Shown: positions 10,265 to 19,525 of the stretch, one piece after another
How the letters are laid out: the number at the start of each line of letters is the position of its first letter
How positions within the stretch are numbered: the stretch's first letter is position 1
IMG/VR virus record: IMGVR_UViG_2767802241_000002
Coordinates: 1 to 64,000 of that record
Strand: one strand, 5' to 3'
DNA from: a virus
Taxonomy: Duplodnaviria; Caudoviricetes
Length of the DNA stretch: 64,000 bases
Notes under the pieces: generated by a model
The model's database searches: none
What the model saw: the letters and a program-made list of their open reading frames with translations, nothing else
Told to the model about the DNA's origin: nothing
Position numbers and translations under genes: made by a program

Positions 10265-11302
10265 ATGAAAATAGAAGCTGTTGATCTGTTCTGTGGGGTG
10301 GGTGGACTAACCGCAGGGTTACTAAAGTCTGGAATCCAAGTTAAAGCTGGTTATGATATTGAGCTAGCTTGTCGTCATGCTTACGAATTTAATAATAAGG
10401 CTAGGTTTATACATAAGGATGTAGCGGAAGTTACTGGTGATGAAATTAAGCAGTGGTATTCGACTGGTGCAATTCGCTTATTGGCTGGTTGTGCACCGTG
10501 CCAGCCTTTTTCTACATATAACAAAGGAAAAGACACTACAACTGATAAAAAATGGCCACTGCTATATCACTTCTCTCGTTTAATTAAAGAAGTTGAACCA
10601 GAATTAGTGACGATGGAAAATGTTCCAGATGTTACGAAGCATAAAGTTTATTGTGATTTTATTGATGAGTTAGAAAATCTAGGATATGTAATTACCGCCC
10701 AAGAGGTTGCTTGCGTTGATTATGGCGTACCACAAACACGGCGTAGACATGTAGTTTTAGCTTCGAAACTTAGTAAAATTGAACTGGTCAAACCTACTCA
10801 TAAACAACCAATTACAGTGAGAGAGACAATTTTTGATCTTGAAAATCTAGAAGCAGGCCAAAAATCCAAAAGCGATCCATTACATGTATCTTCTAGACTT
10901 AGTGAGATCAATTTAAAGCGTATTAGAGCATCAAAGCCCGGTGGGACTTGGAGGGATTGGCCAGAGGACTTACGCGCAGAATGTCATAAAAAAGTGTCTG
11001 GCAGGTTTTACTCTGCTGTGTATGGTCGTATGCATTGGGATCAACCCGCACCGACAATGACTACACTGTGCTATGGATTTGGAAATGGTCGATTTGGACA
11101 TCCAGAACAAGATCGCGCTATTAGCTTAAGAGAGGCTGCATTATTCCAAACATTTCCCTTAAACTATCAATTCACACCTATTGATAAATCTGTAGTTTTT
11201 CATACAATTGGTCGAATGATTGGTAATGCTGTTCCTGTGAGGTTAGGAGAGATAGTAGGATTAAGTATTATTAACTCCTTGCAGACGAATTATGTTGTCT
11301 GA
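10265..11302 (+). CDS. DNA (cytosine-5) methyltransferase
   Basis: Motifs DLFCGVGG, PCQPFS, ENV, QTRRR, REAALFQTFP, GNAVP. Confidence 0.96.
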   Translation: MKIEAVDLFCGVGGLTAGLLKSGIQVKAGYDIELACRHAYEFNNKARFIHKDVAEVTGDEIKQWYSTGAIRLLAGCAPCQPFSTYNKGKDTTTDKKWPLLYHFSRLIKEVEPELVTMENVPDVTKHKVYCDFIDELENLGYVITAQEVACVDYGVPQTRRRHVVLASKLSKIELVKPTHKQPITVRETIFDLENLEAGQKSKSDPLHVSSRLSEINLKRIRASKPGGTWRDWPEDLRAECHKKVSGRFYSAVYGRMHWDQPAPTMTTLCYGFGNGRFGHPEQDRAISLREAALFQTFPLNYQFTPIDKSVVFHTIGRMIGNAVPVRLGEIVGLSIINSLQTNYVV

Positions 11303-12024
11303 GTGGGGGATCTATACCCCTGATAATTGATGTAAGCATCATACTGATCAATGATATAACCTAAATAATCTTTAACTATATCAATTAGTCTTCTAAAATC
11401 ACTAGCGACATGATTATTCCCACATTCTGTAAATGAAATTGATCCATGGGCTAGTTTATTTCTTATTTCTTTAATCAATCTAATTGGAGCTTTATCATCT
11501 CTAAAAGGTTGCATTACTTTTTGTCTTAATGATCCAGATAGTCTAATTTCTACACCAATATTATTACTTAATTTTGATATCTCACTAACATCCCAATTCC
11601 CACCACCACCTAATGGAATCTTGATATCAAATGGTTTTAAATTAAGAACCTGCTCAAATAATAATATGGCTTTTTCAAGTCTCTTCTCATTATTTAGTAA
11701 TTCATACGGAGCAGTAACTGAAGTAACATACAATTTACGCATTTTTTCGGTTAATAAATTTAACTGACCATCAATACCCAAGGTTGCATGCCTCTCAATT
11801 GCTTTAATTAGAGAAGAAATAGTAGACTCAATTAAATTATATAGATGAAGGTAGATACTAGAATACAAAATTTTCTGTTGTTCTGGTTGTATCATATAGT
11901 TATTATCATTAAAACGTAAGACAGCATTACCAGTACTAATCGCTAGTTCAATGTTATGAACTAACTCAAAATAGCTCTCAATGTCACTAACTCTATCATT
12001 AAAAATTGATCGCACCAACTCCAT
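11290..12024 (-). CDS. HEPN-domain protein (MAE_28990/MAE_18760-like)
   Basis: LYNLIES helix, GGNWD, RNKLAHG (RxxxxH) then SFTECG. Confidence 0.85.
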   Translation of the reverse strand: MELVRSIFNDRVSDIESYFELVHNIELAISTGNAVLRFNDNNYMIQPEQQKILYSSIYLHLYNLIESTISSLIKAIERHATLGIDGQLNLLTEKMRKLYVTSVTAPYELLNNEKRLEKAILLFEQVLNLKPFDIKIPLGGGGNWDVSEISKLSNNIGVEIRLSGSLRQKVMQPFRDDKAPIRLIKEIRNKLAHGSISFTECGNNHVASDFRRLIDIVKDYLGYIIDQYDAYINYQGYRSPTQTT

Positions 12025-12026
12025 AA

Positions 12027-13079
12027 TTAATCCTCTTCAAGCAATGCATTGCGCATGTAATCAATTCTTCCAGTTAATTTACGTCTTGCATTGGCACCAT
12101 CTGAGCTAACTTCTTTCTTAAAGTCATTATGATCCAGAATTGAGTTCGTTTTTTGAATATCCACACTTAGATCTGGCTTTTCTTCTAATGCGAAGTGAGA
12201 GCCTAATGCTATAGATTCATACCTTGCCCTTGGTGTTGTTTTAGCTCCCGGTGTTTTTCTAAATCCAAGTTCAAAAGACTTATCTACAAATTCAACCATT
12301 CTTTGGAAGCGCTGCTCATATTTGATTTCTAAATTAGGATCTCTATCAAATGCATCATTCATTTTCTTTATATACCTGAATATAAAAGCTGAAACATCAT
12401 CTTTATACCCATCTAAGCCATCAGAATATGCAAAAAATCTTGTAACTAACTCCTCTGCCTCTCGTTCTTTTTTCTGTTTAGTTGTAATAGGGGCTATTTT
12501 TAAAAACAACTCATGTGATGCTAAACGATTAACAAAATTCATAAAATTACCACGGAGAGCACCGCGTCTAATCTCAGCAGGATTAGCAACCTTAGGACCA
12601 GTATTAATTCTTTCAAATAGATCTACTCTAGCCTCCATATCGGTTTTCTCTGAAAGAATAATTCCTCTGATAGAGATATTTAATATTTTCCTACGTCGAG
12701 ATAAAGGGAGATCAAAAAAGGAGGTGCCATTTAGTAAATCTAAACGCTCTAAATCCTCTAGAATTAAGCGCCCTCCTAAATATTCCTCAATAGTTCTCAG
12801 TCGTTGTGAACCATCAACGATTTCAAGCTTACCTGTCTTATCATTCATCCAAAAGAACACAAAAGGAATTGGTAGTCCAATTAGAATAGATTCAATAAAT
12901 TTACTTTTCCTTGGTCCCTCCCATGTAAATTCACGTTGATAATCTGGAACTGTATATTCTTTTTCAGCAACTTTTTGAGCTAAAATTTCAATTGTGTATT
13001 CAGACGTATAAAAATCTATTTTTTTTGAATAATTTTGGAGTTGTAGCTCCGCTGCTTTAAGTGTTTCTTCGTCAATCAT
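12027..13079 (-). CDS. DUF262 (ParB-like / GmrS-like) protein
   Basis: PDYQREFTW, FIESIL.GLPIP, VDGSQRL, FERIN. Confidence 0.92.
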   Translation of the reverse strand: MIDEETLKAAELQLQNYSKKIDFYTSEYTIEILAQKVAEKEYTVPDYQREFTWEGPRKSKFIESILIGLPIPFVFFWMNDKTGKLEIVDGSQRLRTIEEYLGGRLILEDLERLDLLNGTSFFDLPLSRRRKILNISIRGIILSEKTDMEARVDLFERINTGPKVANPAEIRRGALRGNFMNFVNRLASHELFLKIAPITTKQKKEREAEELVTRFFAYSDGLDGYKDDVSAFIFRYIKKMNDAFDRDPNLEIKYEQRFQRMVEFVDKSFELGFRKTPGAKTTPRARYESIALGSHFALEEKPDLSVDIQKTNSILDHNDFKKEVSSDGANARRKLTGRIDYMRNALLEED

Positions 13080-13226
13080 AATTTCTCCAATAACTTTAAT
13101 TACTACATATGGTTAATAAACTTATAGGTTACCAAATATATAGTTAAAAATTAATCACACACCCGAACTTTCAAAAGTCCTGCGTCGGGTCGCAGTTAAA
13201 CGGCCAATAGGTTGGGCTTTTATGAT

Positions 13227-13529
13227 TTATCTCTCAGCATACTTTTCCAAAAACTCATCAATCCAGCCTTGCACCGCCTCACGATTTGTTATGTCAGCCA
13301 GCTTCAGGCTAGTGCCTTCTGCTTCGTTAAAACCCTCAATAATGGCTTCAAAGATATTAGCCTCAGCAATGACCTCATTTGCCATTTCTGCAGCGTCATA
13401 GCTCTGTTTGGCTCTTTTAAGTGCTGCAATTTGCTTATCAATTCCATCGCCCATTTTAGCCAATGCCATTTTAAATTCTTGACGATTAATCGTTAGCGCG
13501 GTTTTGGATTTATTAAGTGTCGCGATCAT
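13227..13529 (-). CDS. Conserved hypothetical protein downstream of cI
   Basis: AAGGA RBS before MIATLNK; near-identical copy at 62270-62569. Confidence 0.8.
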   Translation of the reverse strand: MIATLNKSKTALTINRQEFKMALAKMGDGIDKQIAALKRAKQSYDAAEMANEVIAEANIFEAIIEGFNEAEGTSLKLADITNREAVQGWIDEFLEKYAER

Positions 13530-13540
13530 TGTGATTTCCT

Positions 13541-14209
13541 TTAGATTTTTCGATATAAACCAACAACCTTGCCGACAAGTCGACAATCATCGGTCAGTTT
13601 AATTATTTGATCAGGCCAATCTGGATTAAGAGGCTGCAAATATTTATTACTACCTTCAATAATTAATTTTTTAAATGTCGCTTCTGTATCACCAGCACAT
13701 GAAACAATAACAAGATCTCCGCTATGAAGGTCAAAGGTTTGAACATCTGGGTTCACGTAAATTCGATCATCGATTTCAAATTTTGGTGACATTGAGATAC
13801 CTGTAACAATTAAGCCATATCCATTCTTCCCGCAATCCTTATTAGGTGGCAACCACTCGCAAACCTCAGCATCACTAATGATCGTCTCGGTTGGTGAAAA
13901 CGACCCTGCGGCAACCCATGAAATAACAGGTATAGGGCGACCTTCAAGTCCGATCTTCTGACTTAGGTTGACGTTATTATCAAAGGCTGGCTTATTGGGT
14001 GGTTCTTTACCAGTTAATATGTATTCTGCTGTAACCCCAAAAAGGTTAGCCATTGCTTCCAGAGAGGCGGCTTTAGGTTGGTATCCGTCTTTCTCCCACT
14101 CAGTAACTGCGGGCGAACTAACCCCCGCAACCTTCGCTAATTGAGCTTGCGTTAATTTTTTCGATCTTCGAAGGGCCCGAATGCGCTGCCCGATTGTATT
14201 AGTGTTCAT
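13541..14209 (-). CDS. cI: CI-like repressor (HTH + S24 autopeptidase)
   Basis: HTH TQAQLAKVAGVS..AVTEWE; AG cleavage site (WVAAG); GISM and TFKKL; appears leaderless. Confidence 0.95.
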   Translation of the reverse strand: MNTNTIGQRIRALRRSKKLTQAQLAKVAGVSSPAVTEWEKDGYQPKAASLEAMANLFGVTAEYILTGKEPPNKPAFDNNVNLSQKIGLEGRPIPVISWVAAGSFSPTETIISDAEVCEWLPPNKDCGKNGYGLIVTGISMSPKFEIDDRIYVNPDVQTFDLHSGDLVIVSCAGDTEATFKKLIIEGSNKYLQPLNPDWPDQIIKLTDDCRLVGKVVGLYRKI

Positions 14210-14271
14210 ATAAGTTATCTTACATCTTGTAAAAATAAGATTTCTTTGATTTAATAATAAGAAATCTTATT
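14210..14271. promoter_or_regulatory. OR operators (three) of prophage 1
   Basis: ATAAGTTATCTTAC, ATAAGATTTCTTT, AATAAGAAATCTTATT between cI and cro. Confidence 0.8.
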
Positions 14272-14283
14272 TAAGGTGATTTT

Positions 14284-14475
14284 ATGACTAAACAGGAAGC
14301 TTACAAGCTACTCAATGTTAATGGTGTTGGGTTAGCTCGTCTTTTAGGTATAGAGCCTGCGGCAGTTTACCAATGGCCCAAAGATAAAATTCCAGTTGCT
14401 CGCGAATACCAAATACGAGATTTAGCAGTAGGTAAAAAGCCTATTGGCTGCCTAGAACAAATCAAAATCGCATAG
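14284..14475 (+). CDS. cro: Cro-like protein
   Basis: LARLLGI.PAAVYQW...IP.AR; divergent from cI. Confidence 0.9.
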   Translation: MTKQEAYKLLNVNGVGLARLLGIEPAAVYQWPKDKIPVAREYQIRDLAVGKKPIGCLEQIKIA

Positions 14476-14483
14476 GAAACCTC

Positions 14484-14759
14484 ATGAGTTTAGATAAAGA
14501 AGATGCCCGCCTGAAACTATCTTCAGATATGAAAGCTAGATTAATCGACATAGCTGCATTTAATGGCATGGATCAAAACAAGCAACTTACCTTGTTAGTG
14601 GAAAAGGCGTTGGTGGGTGAGCACCATGCAGTAATTGTTGCACTCGAGCGCATTGAAAGAAATAAGCGGCTGCGGGCACACGAGGGCACGCAAGTGACAA
14701 GCTGGTCAAGTCAGGGTGAAGAAGGGCAAAGAGAAAGTTTAAAAGTCGTAGGCAAATAA
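14484..14759 (+). CDS. CII-position regulator
   Basis: Position after cro; homologous ORF at 63642 in prophage 2. Confidence 0.6.
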   Translation: MSLDKEDARLKLSSDMKARLIDIAAFNGMDQNKQLTLLVEKALVGEHHAVIVALERIERNKRLRAHEGTQVTSWSSQGEEGQRESLKVVGK

Positions 14760-14791
14760 AAACCGCTCACCAGGGCGAACTGGAAAGCGGT
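14756..14791 (-). terminator. Antisense-strand terminator (oop-like)
   Basis: AAAAAACCGC...GCGGT hairpin right after the cII-like gene; same architecture at 63874-63905. Confidence 0.55.
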
Positions 14792-14818
14792 CAGTAATTC
14801 AATCTTTGGAGAAAGAAT

Positions 14819-15079
14819 ATGAAATCAAATATATCAAAACCAGCCGTAGCAAGCAATGACACGGCGACAGATTACATTGTTGGTGATGTAGTTGTTTATG
14901 AGGATGGGATTACTGGCTTGTCCTCTCTTCAAACAATTGAAGCCTACCAGCCAGATGATCATTACTGGCTTGCAGGTGGTCAGTTAGTTCATGTAAGCCA
15001 TATCCGCCATGCGACCACGGCCGAAATTACAGCACGGCGCCGTCTCAGCGTTTCTTTAGATGGAGTACTTACAGCATGA
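14819..15079 (+). CDS. Hypothetical phage protein
   Basis: ORF with RBS; IRHATTAE motif; 5' part repeated at 63936. Confidence 0.7.
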   Translation: MKSNISKPAVASNDTATDYIVGDVVVYEDGITGLSSLQTIEAYQPDDHYWLAGGQLVHVSHIRHATTAEITARRRLSVSLDGVLTA

Positions 15080-15909
15080 GTTCTTTCACACCTAACGCAT
15101 TTCAAGTGCCGAATGCATTTGTTGACGAGGTTTTAGATAAGATCTCCGATGCTGCATGCAAAATGTACCTCGTTATTTGCCGCAAAACACGCGGCTGGAA
15201 CAAAGAATACGATGCAATCTCCTTGACTCAATTTGAGGAAATCACAGGCAAGTCACGACCAACAGTGATCAAGTGTCTTCGTGAGCTCATTAAGGTTGGT
15301 TTAGTCGTGGAATTAAAAAGCACGTTCCACGGAAATACCTACAAACTTGGTGATGAAACAAGCATCGGTTTGGTCGTTAATTTCCCTAGTAAAAATATTT
15401 TACTAGATGAAAATCAGGAATCTACTAGTAAAAAATCTTTACCATTGCTAGTAAAAAAATTTAACTACGCTAGTAAAAATATTTTACCTCTGCTAGTAAA
15501 AAATTTTTACACACAAACTATCACTATCAATAAACACTCTACAAAGATTAAAAAAATAAATAAAAAAAGTGATGACGTTACTCAACCTAAAAAACCTGTA
15601 AGCAAAAATTCTTTTGATGCCAAGTCAATTGATCTTCCAGTGAACGTGAATCGTGATTTGTGGAACCAGTTTGCTGACATGCGTTCTGAAAACAAAAAAC
15701 CTCTTACTGAAAACGCAGTGAATTTGATTTTGAGGAAACTTGTTGATTTTGGAGACCTAGCCAATCAATCCCTCGAAAACTCAATCATTGGAAATTATCA
15801 GGGTGTATTCCAACCAAAACCACAGCTTGCTCAACAACAATCATCACACAGTCGTATGGAAGGCTTTGAGCAACTTCGAAATCAAGGTGGTGACCAATGG
15901 CTAATTTAA
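15076..15909 (+). CDS. Replication initiator (lambda O-like)
   Basis: ICRKTRGWNK..D.ISLTQF HTH; internal iterons. Confidence 0.88.
   Translation: MSSFTPNAFQVPNAFVDEVLDKISDAACKMYLVICRKTRGWNKEYDAISLTQFEEITGKSRPTVIKCLRELIKVGLVVELKSTFHGNTYKLGDETSIGLVVNFPSKNILLDENQESTSKKSLPLLVKKFNYASKNILPLLVKNFYTQTITINKHSTKIKKINKKSDDVTQPKKPVSKNSFDAKSIDLPVNVNRDLWNQFADMRSENKKPLTENAVNLILRKLVDFGDLANQSLENSIIGNYQGVFQPKPQLAQQQSSHSRMEGFEQLRNQGGDQWLI
15386..15510. repeat. Phage origin iterons (five)
   Basis: CTAGTAAAAA(A)..TTT(T/A)AC repeated five times, followed by an A-rich tract. Confidence 0.88.
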
Positions 15910-16640
15910 CCACCCCAAATGGTCGCCAGTTGTCGGTGATCGACGTTGCTGAAATCGTGAAGGCAATCACTCCAAGATCGTTTGAAAAAACTTTTGAGGG
16001 GATGAAAGAGGTCCATATTGCGACGGCGTTCAAAGTTTGTATCGATGGCTTGAGTTACGAGCAGATTCAAGCAGGTATCGCCGTGGTCCGTGATAACGGT
16101 TTTTGCCCAGATCCAGCAATGTTCCGCAAGTGGTGTTTGGGTATTACTGGGTTCGGTTCTGAGCAACAACGTGCCGTAGATTCGTTTAAGGGGAAGCGTG
16201 GGGCTTTGGCGAACATTCTCAACTGGCTTAGCTCAAAGGGTCGCACAGAGATAACCAACGCTGAGAAACAGGCTTATGACCGCTGTTACAACATGTTTGC
16301 AGATATTCAGTGGGCAAAAGATGTAAATCGCGCCCAGTACTACGCATATGAAGCATTTAAAGATAATTACGTCGACGTGGTTAGAGAACTTGTTGAGCAA
16401 GGCATTGCGCAAGATGTATGGGCAAAACCTAAAGCGGTTGAGGGTAAGTCAACACCTGTCATCACAGCAGATAAACCAAAGGGTCTTTTAAAGAATCAAA
16501 CACCAGAACAGCAAAAAATTTCAGCTCGTACTACTGAGCTTATGGCTAGTGGTCTTGGCTTTGGTGATGCCTTTAAGCAGGCACAAGAGGAGATTACGGG
16601 CGCCGTGGGTAGCTTGAATAAGATGGGGGAAGTGGCGTGA
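15897..16640 (+). CDS. Replication protein P-position (putative helicase loader)
   Basis: Overlaps O-like gene; FCPDPAMFRKWC motif. Confidence 0.6.
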   Translation: MANLTTPNGRQLSVIDVAEIVKAITPRSFEKTFEGMKEVHIATAFKVCIDGLSYEQIQAGIAVVRDNGFCPDPAMFRKWCLGITGFGSEQQRAVDSFKGKRGALANILNWLSSKGRTEITNAEKQAYDRCYNMFADIQWAKDVNRAQYYAYEAFKDNYVDVVRELVEQGIAQDVWAKPKAVEGKSTPVITADKPKGLLKNQTPEQQKISARTTELMASGLGFGDAFKQAQEEITGAVGSLNKMGEVA

Positions 16641-16930
16641 AAATATCTCTAAATGATGTTCTAGATTTTGTATGGACCGCAAAACACTCCGACTTGAATG
16701 CAATTGCTGATGAGTTAGTGGACGCTGGCTATGAGTTTGAATGCTCAGAATGTGAATCGCATGAATGTGAGGTATGTGATTGCAAAGATGCGATCAGCGA
16801 AGAAATGGAAAATTTTATCCGTCGTTTAGCCATGCGATTAAATCAATTTGGTCTAGATGACATGCTTTCTGAATTGGAAATTGAGGCGCGTAGTTTTGGT
16901 GTTCAACTCAACTTGAGGACTACAGCATGA
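16637..16930 (+). CDS. Hypothetical Cys-rich protein
   Basis: Coupled ORF; CxxC motifs. Confidence 0.7.
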   Translation: MKISLNDVLDFVWTAKHSDLNAIADELVDAGYEFECSECESHECEVCDCKDAISEEMENFIRRLAMRLNQFGLDDMLSELEIEARSFGVQLNLRTTA

Positions 16931-17190
16931 TCCATCAAAAGCAATTAGAAAGCGCTGCATTGGCGGCGGAAGTTGAAAAGTTTTTGGCGAAGGGTGGGAA
17001 GGTTGATGTATTGCCACGCAGTCACTATGTAACTTTCCGCAGTCCTTGCTTTGATAAGTCTAAAAGTGAATTGGCTGCATTGGCTAGGAACCATAAGCGT
17101 AAAACTTTTTCGTACTGGTGTGATGAACACGGTATTTGTCTGCACAACACTAAAACTGGGGCTTGTGTGCGTTGTGGAGCTAAATCATGA
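16927..17190 (+). CDS. Hypothetical protein, C-terminal zinc-ribbon
   Basis: VEKFLAKGGKV; CxxH...CxxC. Confidence 0.7.
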   Translation: MIHQKQLESAALAAEVEKFLAKGGKVDVLPRSHYVTFRSPCFDKSKSELAALARNHKRKTFSYWCDEHGICLHNTKTGACVRCGAKS

Positions 17191-17759
17191 AGAAACGTAA
17201 TAAGAAATACAATCCGAATAAATTGGCTAATGCATATCGCGCTCAATCAGCCCAAAAGCATGTACTTGAAATGACATTCAATATTGATGAGGTCAATGGT
17301 CGTGTAGATGAATGGCGTGAAGCAAATGGTTTGGTAGATAAAGAATTAACTCCAAAACATGTTGTGTATGGCGTGTATCACGGCGACCTAATTATTTGCC
17401 TTAAAAACCTCTTAATTCCACAAGAACAAGAATGGTTTCTAGGTGTTGATTCTCACTACTACAGCATCGAAAAAGATGAAGTTTTAACAATTCCAGCGCA
17501 GTTCCAGATGCCGCTTATGAGCTTTGAAGACTTCCGATTTGGTTGCGATGTGAAAGTCGATCGTGGTCATGGTCTTAAAACACGTTGGAGAGGCATTAGC
17601 GCCGAGTTAGATGCAATCCTATTGACAGAGGTTCCAGCGGGCTTTGAGCGCGTGCATAGCTATGCATTGATGCGTGTAGAGACGGCTTTCAATAATGCAG
17701 CTGACTATCTGTATTTCAAAGAAGCACAAAAGTTAAGAGTTTTGGGAGAAGCAGCATGA
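17187..17759 (+). CDS. Hypothetical phage protein
   Basis: Coupled ORF, nin-like region. Confidence 0.75.
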   Translation: MKKRNKKYNPNKLANAYRAQSAQKHVLEMTFNIDEVNGRVDEWREANGLVDKELTPKHVVYGVYHGDLIICLKNLLIPQEQEWFLGVDSHYYSIEKDEVLTIPAQFQMPLMSFEDFRFGCDVKVDRGHGLKTRWRGISAELDAILLTEVPAGFERVHSYALMRVETAFNNAADYLYFKEAQKLRVLGEAA

Positions 17760-17971
17760 CTAAGACTGACTTTAAGGTGGGGGATTTGGTTGTAGCAATC
17801 AATGGTGATGATCGAGTGTTCACTTTCTCTAGCTACATGACGGACGGCAGAGTTCTTTTGAAGTGTAAACATGGGCGGAGTTACTGCTATTCAAAGCACT
17901 GGTTTAGACCTGCCACAGCCGAAGAAGTCGCAGCTAACCGCCGTTTAGGAGTGACCAATGAAAGCGAATGA
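17756..17971 (+). CDS. Hypothetical phage protein
   Basis: FKVGDLV...FRPATAEE, resembles 14819 ORF. Confidence 0.7.
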   Translation: MTKTDFKVGDLVVAINGDDRVFTFSSYMTDGRVLLKCKHGRSYCYSKHWFRPATAEEVAANRRLGVTNESE

Positions 17972-18239
17972 GTTTGTGAAGAAGTTTGGGTGGGATGCTG
18001 TTAGGCAGATAGTGGGTGATTGTGAGCTACTTGGTGACAAGTATTTTATCCATGACAACTCTGAGATATGTGTGTATGACCTAAAACGCCTCGTCGAGTC
18101 GCATGAGTTGGTTGATGAATGCGGTGGACTAGAAAAGGCGAAGAACAGGGTCGAACTTGAGGAGAGGCTTCCAAATCCTAATGTGTTTTATGTTCTTGTT
18201 GTGAGTAGTGCAATCTCTGATGTGGAGGCTTGTCAGTGA
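17958..18239 (+). CDS. Hypothetical phage protein
   Basis: RBS and coupling. Confidence 0.7.
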   Translation: MKANEFVKKFGWDAVRQIVGDCELLGDKYFIHDNSEICVYDLKRLVESHELVDECGGLEKAKNRVELEERLPNPNVFYVLVVSSAISDVEACQ

Positions 18240-18445
18240 GAATTATATCTGAAAGAACTGTGAAATTTTACATCGTTGAAGATGACTCGAATAGAGATCG
18301 GGGTGAGATAGAGTTTTATGAGGTCGAAGCCGTTTCTCCAGAGCATGCAATTGCAAGTAGAAATTTAGGGAATGGTGAATTTCTTGGAACGTATGAGTTG
18401 GTCGAGCTAGTCCCTGACGTTATTCGGGAGGCATCGAATGGATAA
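18230..18445 (+). CDS. Hypothetical phage protein
   Basis: Fills operon gap; start uncertain. Confidence 0.55.
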   Translation: MSVRIISERTVKFYIVEDDSNRDRGEIEFYEVEAVSPEHAIASRNLGNGEFLGTYELVELVPDVIREASNG

Positions 18446-18791
18446 GTCAATCATTGAGTTTAATAAAAAGTTCGATAAGCAAAAACAAGAGCTTATTGAT
18501 GGTTTTAAAGCATTAGGTGAAGAAAAAAGACTACCTAAAGCTTTGGCAACAATTGAGGGTGAACAGCCAACATATAAGGATTATTTTAAAGCGGCTTGGC
18601 AATCCCGACAGGCTGAGATTGATCAAAAAAATACGCGAATTGCTGAGCTTGAAAGAAGGCTCAATGCGGTTAGGTCTTTAAGTGCTATGAGAGCATCGGT
18701 TATTAGGCAGTGGACATGGGAGAGATTAAGTCCAAGGATTAAAAGTGCTATTAAGCGGTTAAATAAAGCAGAGGCATCACATGAAAGATAA
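18438..18791 (+). CDS. Hypothetical phage protein
   Basis: GGAGG RBS; AAWQSRQAEID motif. Confidence 0.7.
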   Translation: MDKSIIEFNKKFDKQKQELIDGFKALGEEKRLPKALATIEGEQPTYKDYFKAAWQSRQAEIDQKNTRIAELERRLNAVRSLSAMRASVIRQWTWERLSPRIKSAIKRLNKAEASHER

Positions 18792-18885
18792 AAACATCAT
18801 TGCACTCGCTCTTATTGCATATCTAGTGCTGTGCGCCGTGGCTAATGGGTCTGAGTCAGTTAATCATGCGGTGGGGTATTTATAA
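18781..18885 (+). CDS. Small hydrophobic protein, 34 aa (not in ORF track)
   Basis: GAGG RBS; MKDKNIIALALIAYLVLCAVANGSESVNHAVGYL fills the operon gap. Confidence 0.6.
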   Translation: MKDKNIIALALIAYLVLCAVANGSESVNHAVGYL

Positions 18886-18887
18886 AT

Positions 18888-19109
18888 ATGAATACTAATC
18901 AAGATCTACAAAGTGAATTCAATGAGCTGCTTGCTTTTAATGAGAAGATTGATCGTGAGCGAAATATGTATCGAGATCAATCAAGGATGTATAGGCAGCG
19001 TAATGCTAGCGCTAAATCGCTTGTAGATAGTCATTTTCGGTTCAATAAAGACAATCCCGAGATGACATTGAAAGCTATTCAACGCGCACTTATTGGGACT
19101 GGTGATTGA
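18888..19109 (+). CDS. Hypothetical phage protein
   Basis: Operon position. Confidence 0.65.
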   Translation: MNTNQDLQSEFNELLAFNEKIDRERNMYRDQSRMYRQRNASAKSLVDSHFRFNKDNPEMTLKAIQRALIGTGD

Positions 19110-19523
19110 ATGATCATCGGCATTGATCCTGATTTAACAAAAAGTGGTGTGGCTATTCTTAGCCCATCACTTGAGCTAAGAAATCTAACATTTGCTGAGG
19201 TTGTTAAGTTATTTAGCAGCGAGCAAGCAAACATTAAAAAGGTAGTCATTGAGGCTGGTTGGTTGAACAAGAAAGCCAATCATCACGGCGCCGTAGGACA
19301 GCGTAAAAGCGTAGGTGAGCAAATCGCTCGTAGAGTTGGGCTGAATCATGCAACGGGCATGCATCTGGCTGATATGGCTGAAAGCTTGGGGTTAAAAGTA
19401 GTGCTGGTTAGACCAACTAGATCGAAAAAGAATGCTGAAGATTTTAAGCGGATTACTGGCTGGACTGGTCGAAGTAATCAGGAAACGAGGGATGCGGCTA
19501 TGTTGATTTGGGGGATGGTGTAA
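19110..19523 (+). CDS. RuvC-like Holliday junction resolvase
   Basis: IIGIDP, VVIE, ETRDAA. Confidence 0.8.
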   Translation: MIIGIDPDLTKSGVAILSPSLELRNLTFAEVVKLFSSEQANIKKVVIEAGWLNKKANHHGAVGQRKSVGEQIARRVGLNHATGMHLADMAESLGLKVVLVRPTRSKKNAEDFKRITGWTGRSNQETRDAAMLIWGMV

Positions 19524-19525
19524 GC

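Noticed and set aside
12322-12939. 205-aa plus-strand ORF
   Set aside because: Lies wholly antisense to the DUF262 gene, with Ser/Ile/Phe-rich shadow composition and no clear RBS
15386-15510. Spaced repeats resembling a mini CRISPR array
   Set aside because: Inside the O-like gene, almost no spacers, no cas genes: replication iterons
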